Numbered from the stretch's first letter, positions 8,727 through 19,911 are shown. The stretch: DNA of 20,000 nucleotides from Folioceros fuciformis (GCA_049999805.1 JBNGIO010006348.1:497452-517451); one strand, 5' to 3'. Notes: a model not told the origin generated them from the letters alone. Translations and numbers: made by a program.

Positions 8727-10001
8727 ATGGGCTGCAAAACATCCCTAGCGACTGTTGGAAGGCAGCTGGCAAAGAAGACTGAATTGGGACGCACGCACGG
8801 AACAGGCGCGAGCTTCTGCAGTAGTGGAGGCACGGAGAAAGCAGACTGTGTAGTGGTGGGAGCTGGAGTTGTGGGCTTGGCTGTGGCCCGCCTCATGGCC
8901 ATGCGAGGCAGGGACGTCCTAGTGCTGGAAGCAGCCCCGAGCATCGGCACCGGCACCAGCTCTCGCAGCAGTGAGGTCATCCATGCCGGGATATACTACC
9001 CTCCAGGCTCCCTCAAGGCCAGACTGTGCGTGGAAGGAAGCCAGGCCATGTACGCCTACTGCCAAGAGCATGGAGTCCCACACAAGCGCCTCGGCAAGTT
9101 GATTGTTGCAACATCCCAGGAGCAAGTCCAGGTCCTGGAGAGACTTCTCAGGACGGGGCAGCAGAACGGGGCGGCGGGCCTGGAGATGGTGGGTGCCTCG
9201 GCTGCCACGAAGATGGAGCCTGAGCTCCGTTGCGTCCAGGCCTTGTGGTCACCCAACACCGGGATTGTTGACAGCCACGCCCTGATGCTGGCCTTCCAGG
9301 GAGATGCCGAACGTCTGGGGGCTTCCATCGCTCTCAATTGTGCTGTTGTGGGAGGCAAGGCCAGTCCGGAGGGAATACTACTGCGGGTGTGCGATACCCT
9401 AGCGTTCAAGCTCTCGTCCCCATCATCCTGTCCTCATTTCACTCTATCTGCCAGGACTGTCATCAACTCTGCAGGCTTGCATGCACAATCCCTGGCCAAG
9501 GCCATCCAGGGAGTCCCTCCTGATTCCATCCCGAACCGCAATTACGCTCGAGGATGCTACTTCAGCCTGACCGGAGCGAGAAGACCTCCCTTCTCTCGGC
9601 TCATCTACCCGGTCCCCGAAGAAGGCGGGATCGGAGTGCACGTCACCATGGACATGGCTGGGCAGACAAGGTTTGGTCCAGATGTGGACTGGCTTCCCAG
9701 CCCTCCCGACGATGCTGGCAACGTCGAGCAGTTTGACTACTCTGTTGATCCCTCCAGAGCTGAGAGATTCTACGGTGAGATTAGGAAATACTACCCAGCT
9801 CTTCCCAACAGTTGCCTGGTTCCCGACTACGCCGGCATCCGGCCCAAGCTCTCCGGGCCTGGGCAGGGAGCTTCGGATTTCGTACTGCAGGCATCCGATG
9901 TGCACAAAATTCCTGGGTTGGTGCAACTGTATGGCATCGAGTCTCCAGGCCTGACCGCGTCCTTGGCGATAGCAAGGATTGTAGCTCAACTTCTGCAGTG
10001 A
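8727..10001 (+). CDS. L2HGDH: L-2-hydroxyglutarate dehydrogenase, mitochondrial (FAD-dependent, DAO/LhgO family), single exon, 424 aa
   Basis: Dinucleotide-binding VVVGAGVVGLAVA, GTSSRSSEVIHAGIYYPPGSLKARLC, GKLIVAT, TGIVDSH, INSAGL, ARGCYF, LIYPVP, GVHVT.D..G..RFGPD, DYAGIRPK, GIESPGLTASLAIA. Likely start is MGCKTSLATVGRQLAKK (transit-peptide-like, ATCATGG context), but the frame is open from ATG 8529. Confidence 0.93.
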   Translation: MGCKTSLATVGRQLAKKTELGRTHGTGASFCSSGGTEKADCVVVGAGVVGLAVARLMAMRGRDVLVLEAAPSIGTGTSSRSSEVIHAGIYYPPGSLKARLCVEGSQAMYAYCQEHGVPHKRLGKLIVATSQEQVQVLERLLRTGQQNGAAGLEMVGASAATKMEPELRCVQALWSPNTGIVDSHALMLAFQGDAERLGASIALNCAVVGGKASPEGILLRVCDTLAFKLSSPSSCPHFTLSARTVINSAGLHAQSLAKAIQGVPPDSIPNRNYARGCYFSLTGARRPPFSRLIYPVPEEGGIGVHVTMDMAGQTRFGPDVDWLPSPPDDAGNVEQFDYSVDPSRAERFYGEIRKYYPALPNSCLVPDYAGIRPKLSGPGQGASDFVLQASDVHKIPGLVQLYGIESPGLTASLAIARIVAQLLQ

Positions 10002-10663
10002 CCTATTCCTTCATCAATTTTGCTCCCAACCGCATATGCCGAGAGCACGCAGACACCTGAAGGAAGCGAACAGGTCCCACGTTCCGAACACGTCGCCCAT
10101 GATTGCAGCTCCTTGTCCCAGGTTCCACAAGGTTCCAAGCAGAGCGAGGACACTTTTCTGACTCCGAGTTCAAACCAAAGATGAGTCTGTGGCCCAACTC
10201 GGGTTGCCACGGCACTCAAGTCCGACGGAGGATCGGCTGAGCACCCGGCACACCGACGGTCTTCGGGTGGACTTCCTCGATTCGAGCAACGAGTTGTGAG
10301 CACGATAGATGTGCCCAGGTTTTAAAAATTTAATTCTCAGGTGGGATCCGGGCTTCCGGGCGTGACGACAGCAACCGGCGTGGGGGAGCAGGGCTGAGCA
10401 GATCGGTGGCTTTCCTGTACTCGTTTTACACTTAGGCGTCCTCTACTGTGGAGATCTGCAAGAGCATGTTCACCAGCTGCGAGTAGAGGTCCATCCTGTG
10501 CTTCAGCTCGGTGGCGTGGGTGTGTGACGTTGCTGGAACTCGGGTGTCGATTTTTCGGTGATCGGAGGACTCAGTCCTGTCACGGGCTTTCGATCCTCGG
10601 TTTGGTCTCGGAGCTTCAGGTCTAGAGAAATATTCTTGTTGAGAGGCAACATTTTATGAAACA

Positions 10664-13337
10664 ATGGCGCGAGGTAGTGGAAAGGCGGTTGCTGTTATCA
10701 TGATTGGGGGACCTACAAAAGGTGCGAACAGAGGATTGGTATTGCAGCAGGCTTTTGTTGACAGTTGATTGATTTCAGCATTGAGCTTGGACTTTGATTT
10801 CATCTGCTGATGCACATCCGTGGATGAATGCTGGGGTGTGCAAGCCTGTGCCAGAAGTTTGCCAATATTAATTGCCGTGTTTTTCTCCAGCTACATTTGC
10901 TCAGAAGCAGGATTTGCCTTTCTGCTTTGTGCAGGCACACGGTTTCGACCCCTTTCTCTCAACCTTGCCAAACCGCTTTTTCCGCTTGCTGGTCGACCCA
11001 TGGTGCACCACCCCGTGCTTGCGTGCAAAAACGTACGTTTCCTTTCGGGTATCTGTCTCACAGTTCGTTGGGAGAGAGTGTTGAACTGGCAGAGCGATGA
11101 CTGTGTCCTCCCCCTTTCAGATCCCCAACTTGGTGCACGTTTTCCTCTTAGGGTTCTACGAGGAGAAGGAGTTTGCACAATACGTCTCAGCCCTTTCCAA
11201 TGAGCTGCGGCTACCAGTGAGGTGATGGGTTGGAAACAGTGGAAAGCCCTACATGAATTTTTTTTTGTTTGCACATGTCATGTGCTCTGACATGTATGCG
11301 GTTGGCGTCAGGTACTTGCGTGAGGATAGACCAGATGGTTCAGCTGGTGGTCTTTACAAATTCAAAGATCTGATCTTGGAAGACGATCCCGTAAGCTTTC
11401 ATTCTAGCTAGCACGTACTGGCGTTATCTTCTGTAGCGAGCCAGCTGCCTAAGTTTGTGGTGGAAGCAGTTTATGGCAGCTTGCCTGAAGACCCGTCGGT
11501 TATGCTGTGCAGGAGCACATCATTGTTCTGAATTGTGACGTCTGCTGCAGTTTCCCCTTGGCAGACTTGCTTGGTATGTCTTTGTGGGTTAGCACGGTAG
11601 GGCATGGCAAAACATTGGCGTAGATGTGGCGTTGTAGCACGTCTAATCAACACGGCTGTTTCAACAGTGGCACACCGGAAACATGGGGGCATGGGGACTT
11701 TGTTGATAAAGAAGGTCAGTAGCGGCAGGAGCATGTTTCTTTTCGCTCAAGGTGGAGATGAGTGCCTGCTTGCGGCATATTCGCACTGGATGATAGTCGT
11801 ATTTCCCCTGTTCTCTCCCCCGTCGACTGAATCTATCCTTTGCAGGTGTCAGCGGATATAGCAAAAGACTTTGGGGAGCTAGTTCCTGACCCTGAAACTT
11901 GGGAGCTCCTTCATTACACGGAGAAACCAGAGACTCATGTAAGGCATCATGTTCGGGAGGTCCCTTTCTTGTTCATCGTGCTACAAAACCATGAAGACAA
12001 CTTTTTGGTACTGCTGTAGGTGAGTGACTACATCAATTGTGGGGTATACATATTTACTCCTGACATCTTCATGGCTATAAGTGAGGTGGAGAGCTCTCGG
12101 AAGACCAAAGGTTAGTCCATCCCTGACGTTGAATCGCAGTGAAAGCCTCAGGATTCCTGATCATTCCCTTCCTCTTTCCATGCAGCAACTCTGCAACGTG
12201 TCTCCAGCTTTGAGGCTCTCCAATCAGCCACGAAGTAAGTGGGATAACTGATTGACAATTAGGTCAAGGTTTTTCTCCAACATGACCAAGGGATCTGCTC
12301 AATGGTCCCAATGCAGGACAATTCCCACAGGATTTATAAGGCTTGACCAGGACATCCTGACACCGCTCGCTGGCAAAGGAAAACTCTTCACTTTCCAAAC
12401 ACCGGATTTTTGGGAGCAGATCAAGACCCCAGGGTAAACAGCTCCCGCATTAATCCTTCCTTGTGACTGAACTTCACCTATCGTATGCTCCCCTCTAACT
12501 CTAAGGCAACTGTTTTCTTCGTACCAGCATGTCCTTGAAGTGTTCTTCCCTGTACTTGGCTCAATATCGACGTGACACACCTGACCTCTTGGCCAAAAAC
12601 GATGATGCAACAATAGTTGGAGACGTATACATCCACCCATCGGCAAAGGTTCATCCGACTTCAAAAGTAAGTCCGTCTCTCTGGTTCTCTCTCCCAGTGG
12701 GCTCCTGCAGGGAGCTTCTCGTGGTACCGCTCCACTCAATCTAACAAGACAGCTATCACCAGATTGGACCGAACGTGTCCATCTCTGCCAACGTTCGAAT
12801 CGGTCCAGGAGTAAGACTAGTGAGCTGCATCGTTTTGGACGAAGTCGAGGTGAAGGTGAGCACCATAACACTCCACCCATGTCCGGGTGCTCAGTATGGC
12901 ATGTTGGCAATTTTGAGTTCTAGCCTAACATCCTGTGTACCACAGGACCATGCCATTGTCATGCATGCCATCGTTGGGTGGAAATCTTCTATTGGGCGCT
13001 GGTCACGAGTGCAGGCAAGTTCAGGCCCTTCTTCACACTTCTGCCTTGCTACCCATCGAGATTTCGTTCTCCTGTGTACTTGGCCGACCCATCACGTTCT
13101 CATTGATTGACACTTGCAGGGGGAAGGCGACTACACGGGCAAGCTGGGGATCACAATTTTGGGTTAGTTGCGTATCTCGAATATCCCATATCCCATGACT
13201 TCGTACCGTCACTAATCAGAATCTGTCTGTGTTCAGGCGAGGATGTCACCGTTGAAGATGAGGTGGTGGTAGTCAACAGCATTGTTCTGCCCCACAAGCT
13301 TTTGAACCAGAGCGTGCAGAAAGAGATCATCTTATAG
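10664..13337 (+). CDS. GMPPA: Mannose-1-phosphate guanylyltransferase alpha / KONJAC (KJC1/2)-like regulatory GMPP subunit; 15 exons, 412 aa
   Basis: Exons 10664-10721, 10935-11032, 11121-11221, 11312-11390, 11513-11573, 11668-11714, 11846-11938, 12020-12110, 12186-12234, 12317-12433, 12528-12666, 12763-12855, 12946-13014, 13120-13162, 13237-13337 sum to 1239 nt. Motifs AVIMIGGPTKGTRFRPLSLN..KPLFPLAG (2-aa insertion typical of GMPPA/KJC versus catalytic VTC1), LNCDVCCSFPL, LHYTEKPE, RVSSFEAL, IRLDQDIL, FWEQIKTPG, left-handed beta-helix repeats, and a C-terminal EIIL*. Confidence 0.95.
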
Positions 13338-13780
13338 AACGAGAAACACTTATTTATGAAATTCTTTAATTGAACGAGATTATTTATTTGATGGAGCATA
13401 TTCATCATATCAATCACAATTAATATCTCAATTAAGCTTATTGTTGACCTGAAACTCAGTAGCGTCTTGATGAGGACATTGCCTCATATTTTAGTATTAC
13501 ATTAAAAGTTCATGGGTTCTTCAAAATTAATATAGTATCAAAGATAGTCGTTAATTTTTTTTCTTGAAAAAAAGAAAGAAAGTCCTATTTGAGTCTCAAA
13601 GATCTGGAGAACAAACAACCCAATCTGAGGGGTATTAGCTCTTAGAACATCGTTCTCAAAATTATATATTGCTCTTAAAATATTCTTCTTTAATTTTTTT
13701 TAATATTTTTAAAATGTCATAATATAAAATAATAATGAAATAATAAAAGACCTACCTACTAAAGACTATATTGGTTAATA

Positions 13781-13824
13781 TTCTTTGCAAAGGAATGGAT
13801 ATTTCTTTGCAAAGGAATGGATAT
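13781..13824. repeat. Perfect 22-bp tandem repeat TTCTTTGCAAAGGAATGGATAT x2, each with the palindrome CTTTGCAAAG
   Basis: 13781-13802 and 13803-13824 are identical. Confidence 0.92.
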
Positions 13825-14480
13825 GTTTTATTAAAAAAAACTACCACAAAGAAAGAAAGAGATTTATAAAAAACTCTAAGATTTTGGAGACAATAATTAA
13901 AATTTCTTCGTGTCAACCTAACGGGGGTCTTTGGGTTGTTCGTACAACTGTGGAGCCTCGAATCCCAAAATTAGTTGCAGGAGAAGGACGGATGAAGAGT
14001 CGCCACATGATAACCAAAAAATAGAAGTGGACGATTTAAAGTGCGTGTTGTGCCACGAAAGCGGATTGCTCGCAAACATTGCTGTCCGCGAGGGCCCCGC
14101 GGCGCCCTTGTTGCATAGGAGGCTGTAGGTAGTCAGTCGTCTCTGCTTCGTCACCCGAGCTTATGGAAAGAAGCGACACTTCCGTGCATGGTGTGTACAC
14201 CTCCCATGGAGACCTGTAGCGTCAGCGGCCGAGGCGTGGAGAGAGCTCGAAGCGGGCGGCGAGCGGATGGCGCACTGACGCCGAGCTCAGTCTGTTTGGA
14301 GATTTGCAAGGTGAAGAATCTGGAGCTGCTGCTGCCGGTGCTGGTGCTGGTGCATCGTCGGACCTGATTTCTGCTGCAGCTCGCGGGTCCGCGCCGGGGC
14401 TGGTCGGAGCAGGGCTTCGCGGGCTGCAATGTGTTGGTAGGTGGTGAATTGGACCTCGGGAGCGCACGGGGTGTGAGGAG

Positions 14481-17400
14481 ATGGCGGACGCAGCCCCGGC
14501 CAGCCTAGGTGTCTCTCCTGCGCATGCCGGGGGAGGGGAGCTGGGAGATGGAATTGTGGAGGAGGAGGGCCGTGCGGGGAGCCAGGATCGTGATGGAGGC
14601 GTGGAGGAACGGACGCGTGCGGGCTTTGATGCTGCAGGCACGGCCGGGGACGAGGTTACGACGACGCGTGTACTGGTTCAAGAAGGCCGTGGTTCCGTGT
14701 CTGCCGTTACTCGGGAGGAGGACGAGGAGGGGGAGGAGGAGGTTCTTGGTCGGGAAACTGACGCATCGGAGGGGACGGGGTCTGGGAGGGTTGCGGATGG
14801 AGGGAGTTCGAGTGTGCGTCTGAAGGAGACTGTGCTGGAGACGTCTCCTGGAATGGAGGATCAGGTGGAGGTTGGGACGCTGGTTTGTGGCAAGGGCGGG
14901 GACGCAGTGGATGTGGAGTGCGGAATGGTGCAGGAGAGCTTGGACGACGGGGTTCTGTGTACAGGCGCCGCGAGCTTGGTAGACGGTGGGAGAAGCTTGG
15001 GAGATGCTGTGGATGTGGTTGTGGGAGAGGGGGAGGCTGGAGCGAGTGAAGGATTGCGGGGAGCCGTGAAGGGGGAAGGTGAAGTCGGAGCGGATGTTGT
15101 GGACGAGGTGCGGAGAGGGATCGTGGGTGGAAGCAGGACCGGTGGAGGTGGTGGATTCGGTGTCGACGGAAAGGATGGTGGGGAAGGAAAGGTTTGTGAC
15201 AGACAGGGGTTGGAGGATGTGTGTTTAGACGAGCAGGAACAGGGCGAAGGTCGGAGTGCGGAGTTTGAGGAGGGAGCCGGACGTTCGACTGGAGAGTGTG
15301 TGGCTACTTTGATTTCGACGACCAGGACGGGGGAACAGAGTGTTGTGCACGGAGGTGGTGGATTCGGTGTTGAGGGAAAGGATGTTGGTGAAGGAAAGGT
15401 TTGTGACAGACAGGGGTTGGACGATGTGTGTGTAGACGAGCAGGAACAGGCCGAAGGTCGGAGTGCGGAGTGTGAGGAGGGAGGAGGGCGTACGACTGGA
15501 GGGCGTGTGGCTATTATGATTTCGACGACCAGGACGGGGGAACAGAGTGTTGGGCACGGAGAGTCTGAGGGAGATTGCTGTGGTGTCTGCGGTTACGGAG
15601 TGGTTGCAGGATGTGCAGAGTTTGAAGGAACTGGAAGTTGTAAGGTGGAGATGTCTGCTTGTACGGCTAGCTTGTCGAATGGCGTAGAGAGGGATGTTGT
15701 GCAGCCTGAAGGGATGAGTCCCGCTGGAACAAGCCCCCCCGTCGTACATTTAAAGCAAGTGGAAGATGTGGTAATGTTTGGAGGATCAGTTCTTGGTTTT
15801 CCCTCTGTAGAAGGGATGGAGGTAAATGATACCACAACCGAGTCGGAAATTGCGAAATTCAGTTCCAGGGAGGAGGACGGGGTTGCCTGTGCGGCGGACG
15901 TCAGGCATGAGCCATATGTTATTTCTGATGTTTGTGTGTCTAGGTTGGAGAAAATAGATTCGGAGAACATGGAGGTCGAACCTTCCAATCCGTTGGAACG
16001 AGAACATGTTATCTCTTTTTGTAAGCCGGAAGATGTCAGCATGGTAGATGTAGATAAGGGCTCAGTTGCTGAGCCACAGCGTGCTGCATCTGCACTTGCT
16101 GTTTCAAGTGCGGGTGAAATTACTGAACCTCGCGAAGGTGAAGTCGGTGCACCTGCTCGGCAGGAAGCAGGGGTTGCATATATAGATGCATCTGCAGAGG
16201 AGGAGGTAGCTCCTACGACATCCCGCTCCGTAGTGGGAATAGATGAGCCCAGAACTACGTCTGCTTCGGGCGAAGCATCTTGTGGTAAGGCTACTTGGAC
16301 AGGCCTGGGTGAAGAAGTCTCTTCATCGTTGTTGTCTGGGGCTACTGTTCAAGAAAGCGTGAGAAAGGACAGTGGGCATGTCCGTGGAGAAGAGATGAAG
16401 AGCGAAGCGGAGGCAGAGACTTCGGCAAAAGTTGCGACCGGTGACGCTGATAAACTTGTTGGTAGCATCACCACAAAACGTTTACCCTCCAGCGTCAAAG
16501 TGGAAAGCCTTGAAGATGTCCAGAAGGACAATCGTTTGGAGCCGGAATTCCTTGTGCAAGCAAGCAAGCCACAGGGTCCCGAGGTGGTCACGGACGTAGT
16601 GGGAGAGGTTCTTGAGGACAGTGCAGTTGAAGCAGTGGTTCCAGACAGTGAACGGCCCGGGCACCTGAATGCTGCAGCAGCTGCTGGTGGGAAAGCTTAT
16701 CATTTGTTGGATCTAGGTACTCTGGAAGAAGCAATTTCGAGCCCAGAAGTGGGTGGCCGTCCTGCCAGTATGTGTTTGCTTCCTATCGCTCTTTGTGGAT
16801 GTGGCACGCCAGCAGTTGAGAAAATAATGGGCACGAAAAGTGTCAACAGAGGTCTTCGTTATCTATCATGTTCGGCCTTCGCTCATAAGCAGCCGAATGG
16901 GAAAAAAAGGAGACAGCTCGAAGCTAACGGCTGCAAGTTCTTTCAGTAAGAAACTTCTCCTATGGTCATCTCACTTAATGTACTTCACATTCTCGTGGTC
17001 ATCTGAGCAAATGTCCTCCTTCAGTAAGGACCTTGTCCTCAGCTTGTTTGTTAGAATCCTCGAGGTCGTCCTGAAGTTTTTGCAGATGGCTGGATGTTCC
17101 CAGGGTTACAGAGGAAGAGAAACCACGAAAGCAAAAGCGCCGCAGATTGGAGGATCCTGGCCCTGTGAGCTCTGGAAACGTGTCTACAAGGTCTGCATCG
17201 AAGCATGCGTACAAAGGAAAGCCATCTCCAGAACATATAAACTTGCAACCAAGCCTGGACTCTTCAAGTATGCTCGAGTCCACACCACCTGCTTCTGAGA
17301 TGTCAGGATCTTCTTCAAAGCAGCAAACCACTTCTAGTTCTTTTGAGGACCGGGCCAAGCCGCCTGGAGGAACTGGAGTATCCAAGGTATCTACGTTGAA

Positions 17401-18487
17401 GGAGGACAGTGAGGGCGAGTCTGCATCAGGTTCAGAAATAGCTGGAAAGAGCGCTTCGGATTCAAGATCTGCGGCCTCCAGATCAAAATCAGGGAAGGTT
17501 AAAGCTGTGAAGTCATTCGAGAAGACGGAATATCCAGAAGACCGACGCAATCCAACGGTGGACTGGTTGGTATCCAAGCGGCCTTCTTTTAAGTCCCTGA
17601 GCGACCTTGGTGACGAGCCTTTACCCTCCTCGAACAACAAGAACATCGCTTCCAAGCGGCGAAATCTCTCCTCCAATTCCAAATTGAAGTTTGGGACGAT
17701 AGGCTCTGCAACTCCAGGTAGGAGGAGGAGGACAGAAACTCCACAGCAAACAAGGGGTGCGCGCACTGCGGATAAAGCTGGAAGCTCGTCAGTCACTCCT
17801 TCGCTTGCTTCAGCCAAGAAGGGTAAAAAGGTCGCTAGCAACACCGTAGCCCAATCTGGTAGCCACGGGGGCAGTTCTCAGAGGAAGAGGGCTAGTGTGG
17901 ACAAGCAGAAAGGAATGAAACCAGGTAATCTGTTGACAGCAGATCGGCACAGGCAAACAGCGCGCGACACAAACACCAAAAGTAAGACCGGTAGGAAGAC
18001 TCCACATTCTACGAAAGCAAGACAAGGAGCGTCGGTTCCGGATGTGGCAGGACAAAATGTAGTAGACGATGAAACTGAAGATGTCGCACAGCCGGCAAAG
18101 CGAATGAAGGCAGGTGACAGGATCCAAGTCGGAAAAGGCGGAAATAAGGCAAGTAAACCTGAAGAAATCTGGGTTACTGTCCCGTTGGAGTCGCCAGTTG
18201 GGAGGTCCAAGGAGGCAAAGCAGAAGGGATCCAAGCTTTCAGGTGAGAATGCCCGTGCTCACTTGAGAACGAAAGTGGTGGCCAACCTGGACAGAGCGGA
18301 AGAAAAACGTTCCCTTCAGGCTGTGAAGGGCGCATGTGGTAACCTCGCTGCAACACCGGCGAATATCCTCTCTGATACAGGATGTACCAATGACAGTGTT
18401 GGACGGTCTACAGCATCCAAAGATCGAGTCTCCTCTACTTGCAGCGGTCACAGTACGAAGTTCAAGCCCCGGGAGCTAGGATCATAA
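14481..18487 (+). CDS. Large low-complexity protein with a single GRF-type zinc finger (~1288 aa; alternative 3' end at 18878, ~1221 aa)
   Basis: Exon 1 14481-16945 and exon 2 from 17086. The intron GTAAG..TTTGCAG joins the two big ORFs and completes CGCG..NRGLRYLSC..CKFFQWLD, the zf-GRF pattern. Exon 2 reads to TAA at 18487. Alternatively, donor CAG|GTGAG at 18243 splices in phase to the acceptor at 18834, giving GKESHPAKQRIRLS* (18878). Confidence 0.78.
15144..15557 (+). repeat. In-frame tandem duplication, 2 x 207 bp (69 aa)
   Basis: Units 15144-15350 and 15351-15557 both encode GGGGFGVxGKDxGEGKVCDRQGLxDVCxDEQEQxEGRSAExEEGxGRxTGxxVAxxISTTRTGEQSVxH; substitutions only, no indels. Confidence 0.95.
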
Positions 18488-19911
18488 CAATCCAGTGAAG
18501 GAGAATTAATAGCCTCCGGCTGATAAACAGGTGGCAACTTTCCAGGAGACGGAGTCGTTTGTTGTTGGTGCCAGTCCAGCCGATGTGTCTTGTAAAACGA
18601 GAAAGTTGCAAGCTTGAGTTTGGATTGTTTCTACAACCATTCAAAACGAGGGACTTTCCATGTGCATGGTTCTGGCCCTTTGAAGGATGAGCAGATCTAC
18701 ACGGGCCTTTAATTCAGGCAAGTTGCCTAGAGTCAAGTAGCTGGGCTACTGTCCAAACTGCTGATTTCGGTTCAGTTTCTGGTTCTCTCCGGTGTCAAGC
18801 TTGATTGTTGATGCTATTCTGTTACTTGTGGCAGGAAAGGAGAGCCATCCGGCCAAACAGAGGATTAGGCTATCGTAAACGCCATAGAATGGATGAGAGA
18901 AACCATGAAAGACGCCAGTCCCTGCGGGACTTGCTCTTTCTGTTTTTGTTCGTAAGCAACTTGTAGGACCTGATGCCAGGCTGTGCTTCTTGCCTTCGAC
19001 ACCTTCGTCAGACCGCGAAGCTACGGGAGGAAGCTGGGTGGCAAGTTCTTAGTGCTTGGTTAGAATTCTGGCTTCCTTCCAAAGTTTAGTCCACGTTACA
19101 GGACCTTCCCGAAGTTCTGACATTGTACTCTAGGTATGTACATATTTGTTCAGTACCTCTGACCAGGTATGTACATTATATACTATTCTTTCAGTGAGAA
19201 TAGAGGAGATCCGTATTCTCGCTACTGGATGGTACCCATCCTATTCAAAGCAGCCCTGAACGGCAATTTCCAAGAGACTGGCTAGCATGGCGTTGTGATA
19301 CAGGTAGGTATTCAAACTAGCCCCGGACACTTCACCATTCGGGCCTCGGTAAGAGCTAATTCCCCTCTACTCCACCTCCAGATGTAGATATCCTTCGTTT
19401 CATAGTACAACCTGCTGGCTTTGAGAATCGATGCCAGAGGCCTTGTGGCGTCACAACCAACCTCAACCTTCACAAGAGAATATGGCCTCACTTTCCTCAA
19501 TCACACAAAGAAGCACATAGGAGTAGGCTTCCACTTTAGACTAAGTGTCGGTATATAGAATAGAGCTTATTATTTATTTATATCTAAATAATTGTTTTAA
19601 AAAAAATATAAATACTATCAAATAGACACCTTTAAAACCAATACCCGTCACCATACATCAATGAGGTCAAAGTTTTCAATATTTTTTCACCCAAGCTTCC
19701 TACATAGGTGTTATGCAATCTAATTTCAAGGCTGGCCAGAAGAGTATTGGAAAGCAAGCTTCTTGGGCTTGGCACATCTATAGTTAAATTTAAGAGTACA
19801 TGATTTCAAAGTTTACAAACAAACTCTGAGTGATTATAGTTTTATTCCAAAATGCACATCAATAGATCTTGAGCTCGAGTATTTTTACATCAAGACCAAA
19901 AAATAATAATA

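Noticed and set aside
6301-13337. Functional gene cluster (GPI-anchored PI-PLC-X, L2HGDH, GDP-mannose subunit)
   Set aside because: The link via GDP-mannose/GPI is tenuous and L2HGDH is unrelated; adjacency is explained by genome compactness.
16999-17844. 281-aa minus-strand ORF and other antisense ORFs over coding exons
   Set aside because: Antisense shadows of the plus-strand genes with biased codon composition.
19132-19500. AGGTATGTACAT x2 and a 62-aa minus ORF (19312-19500)
   Set aside because: Short duplication in probable 3' UTR/intergenic DNA; the ORF has a non-ATG start and no recognisable motif.
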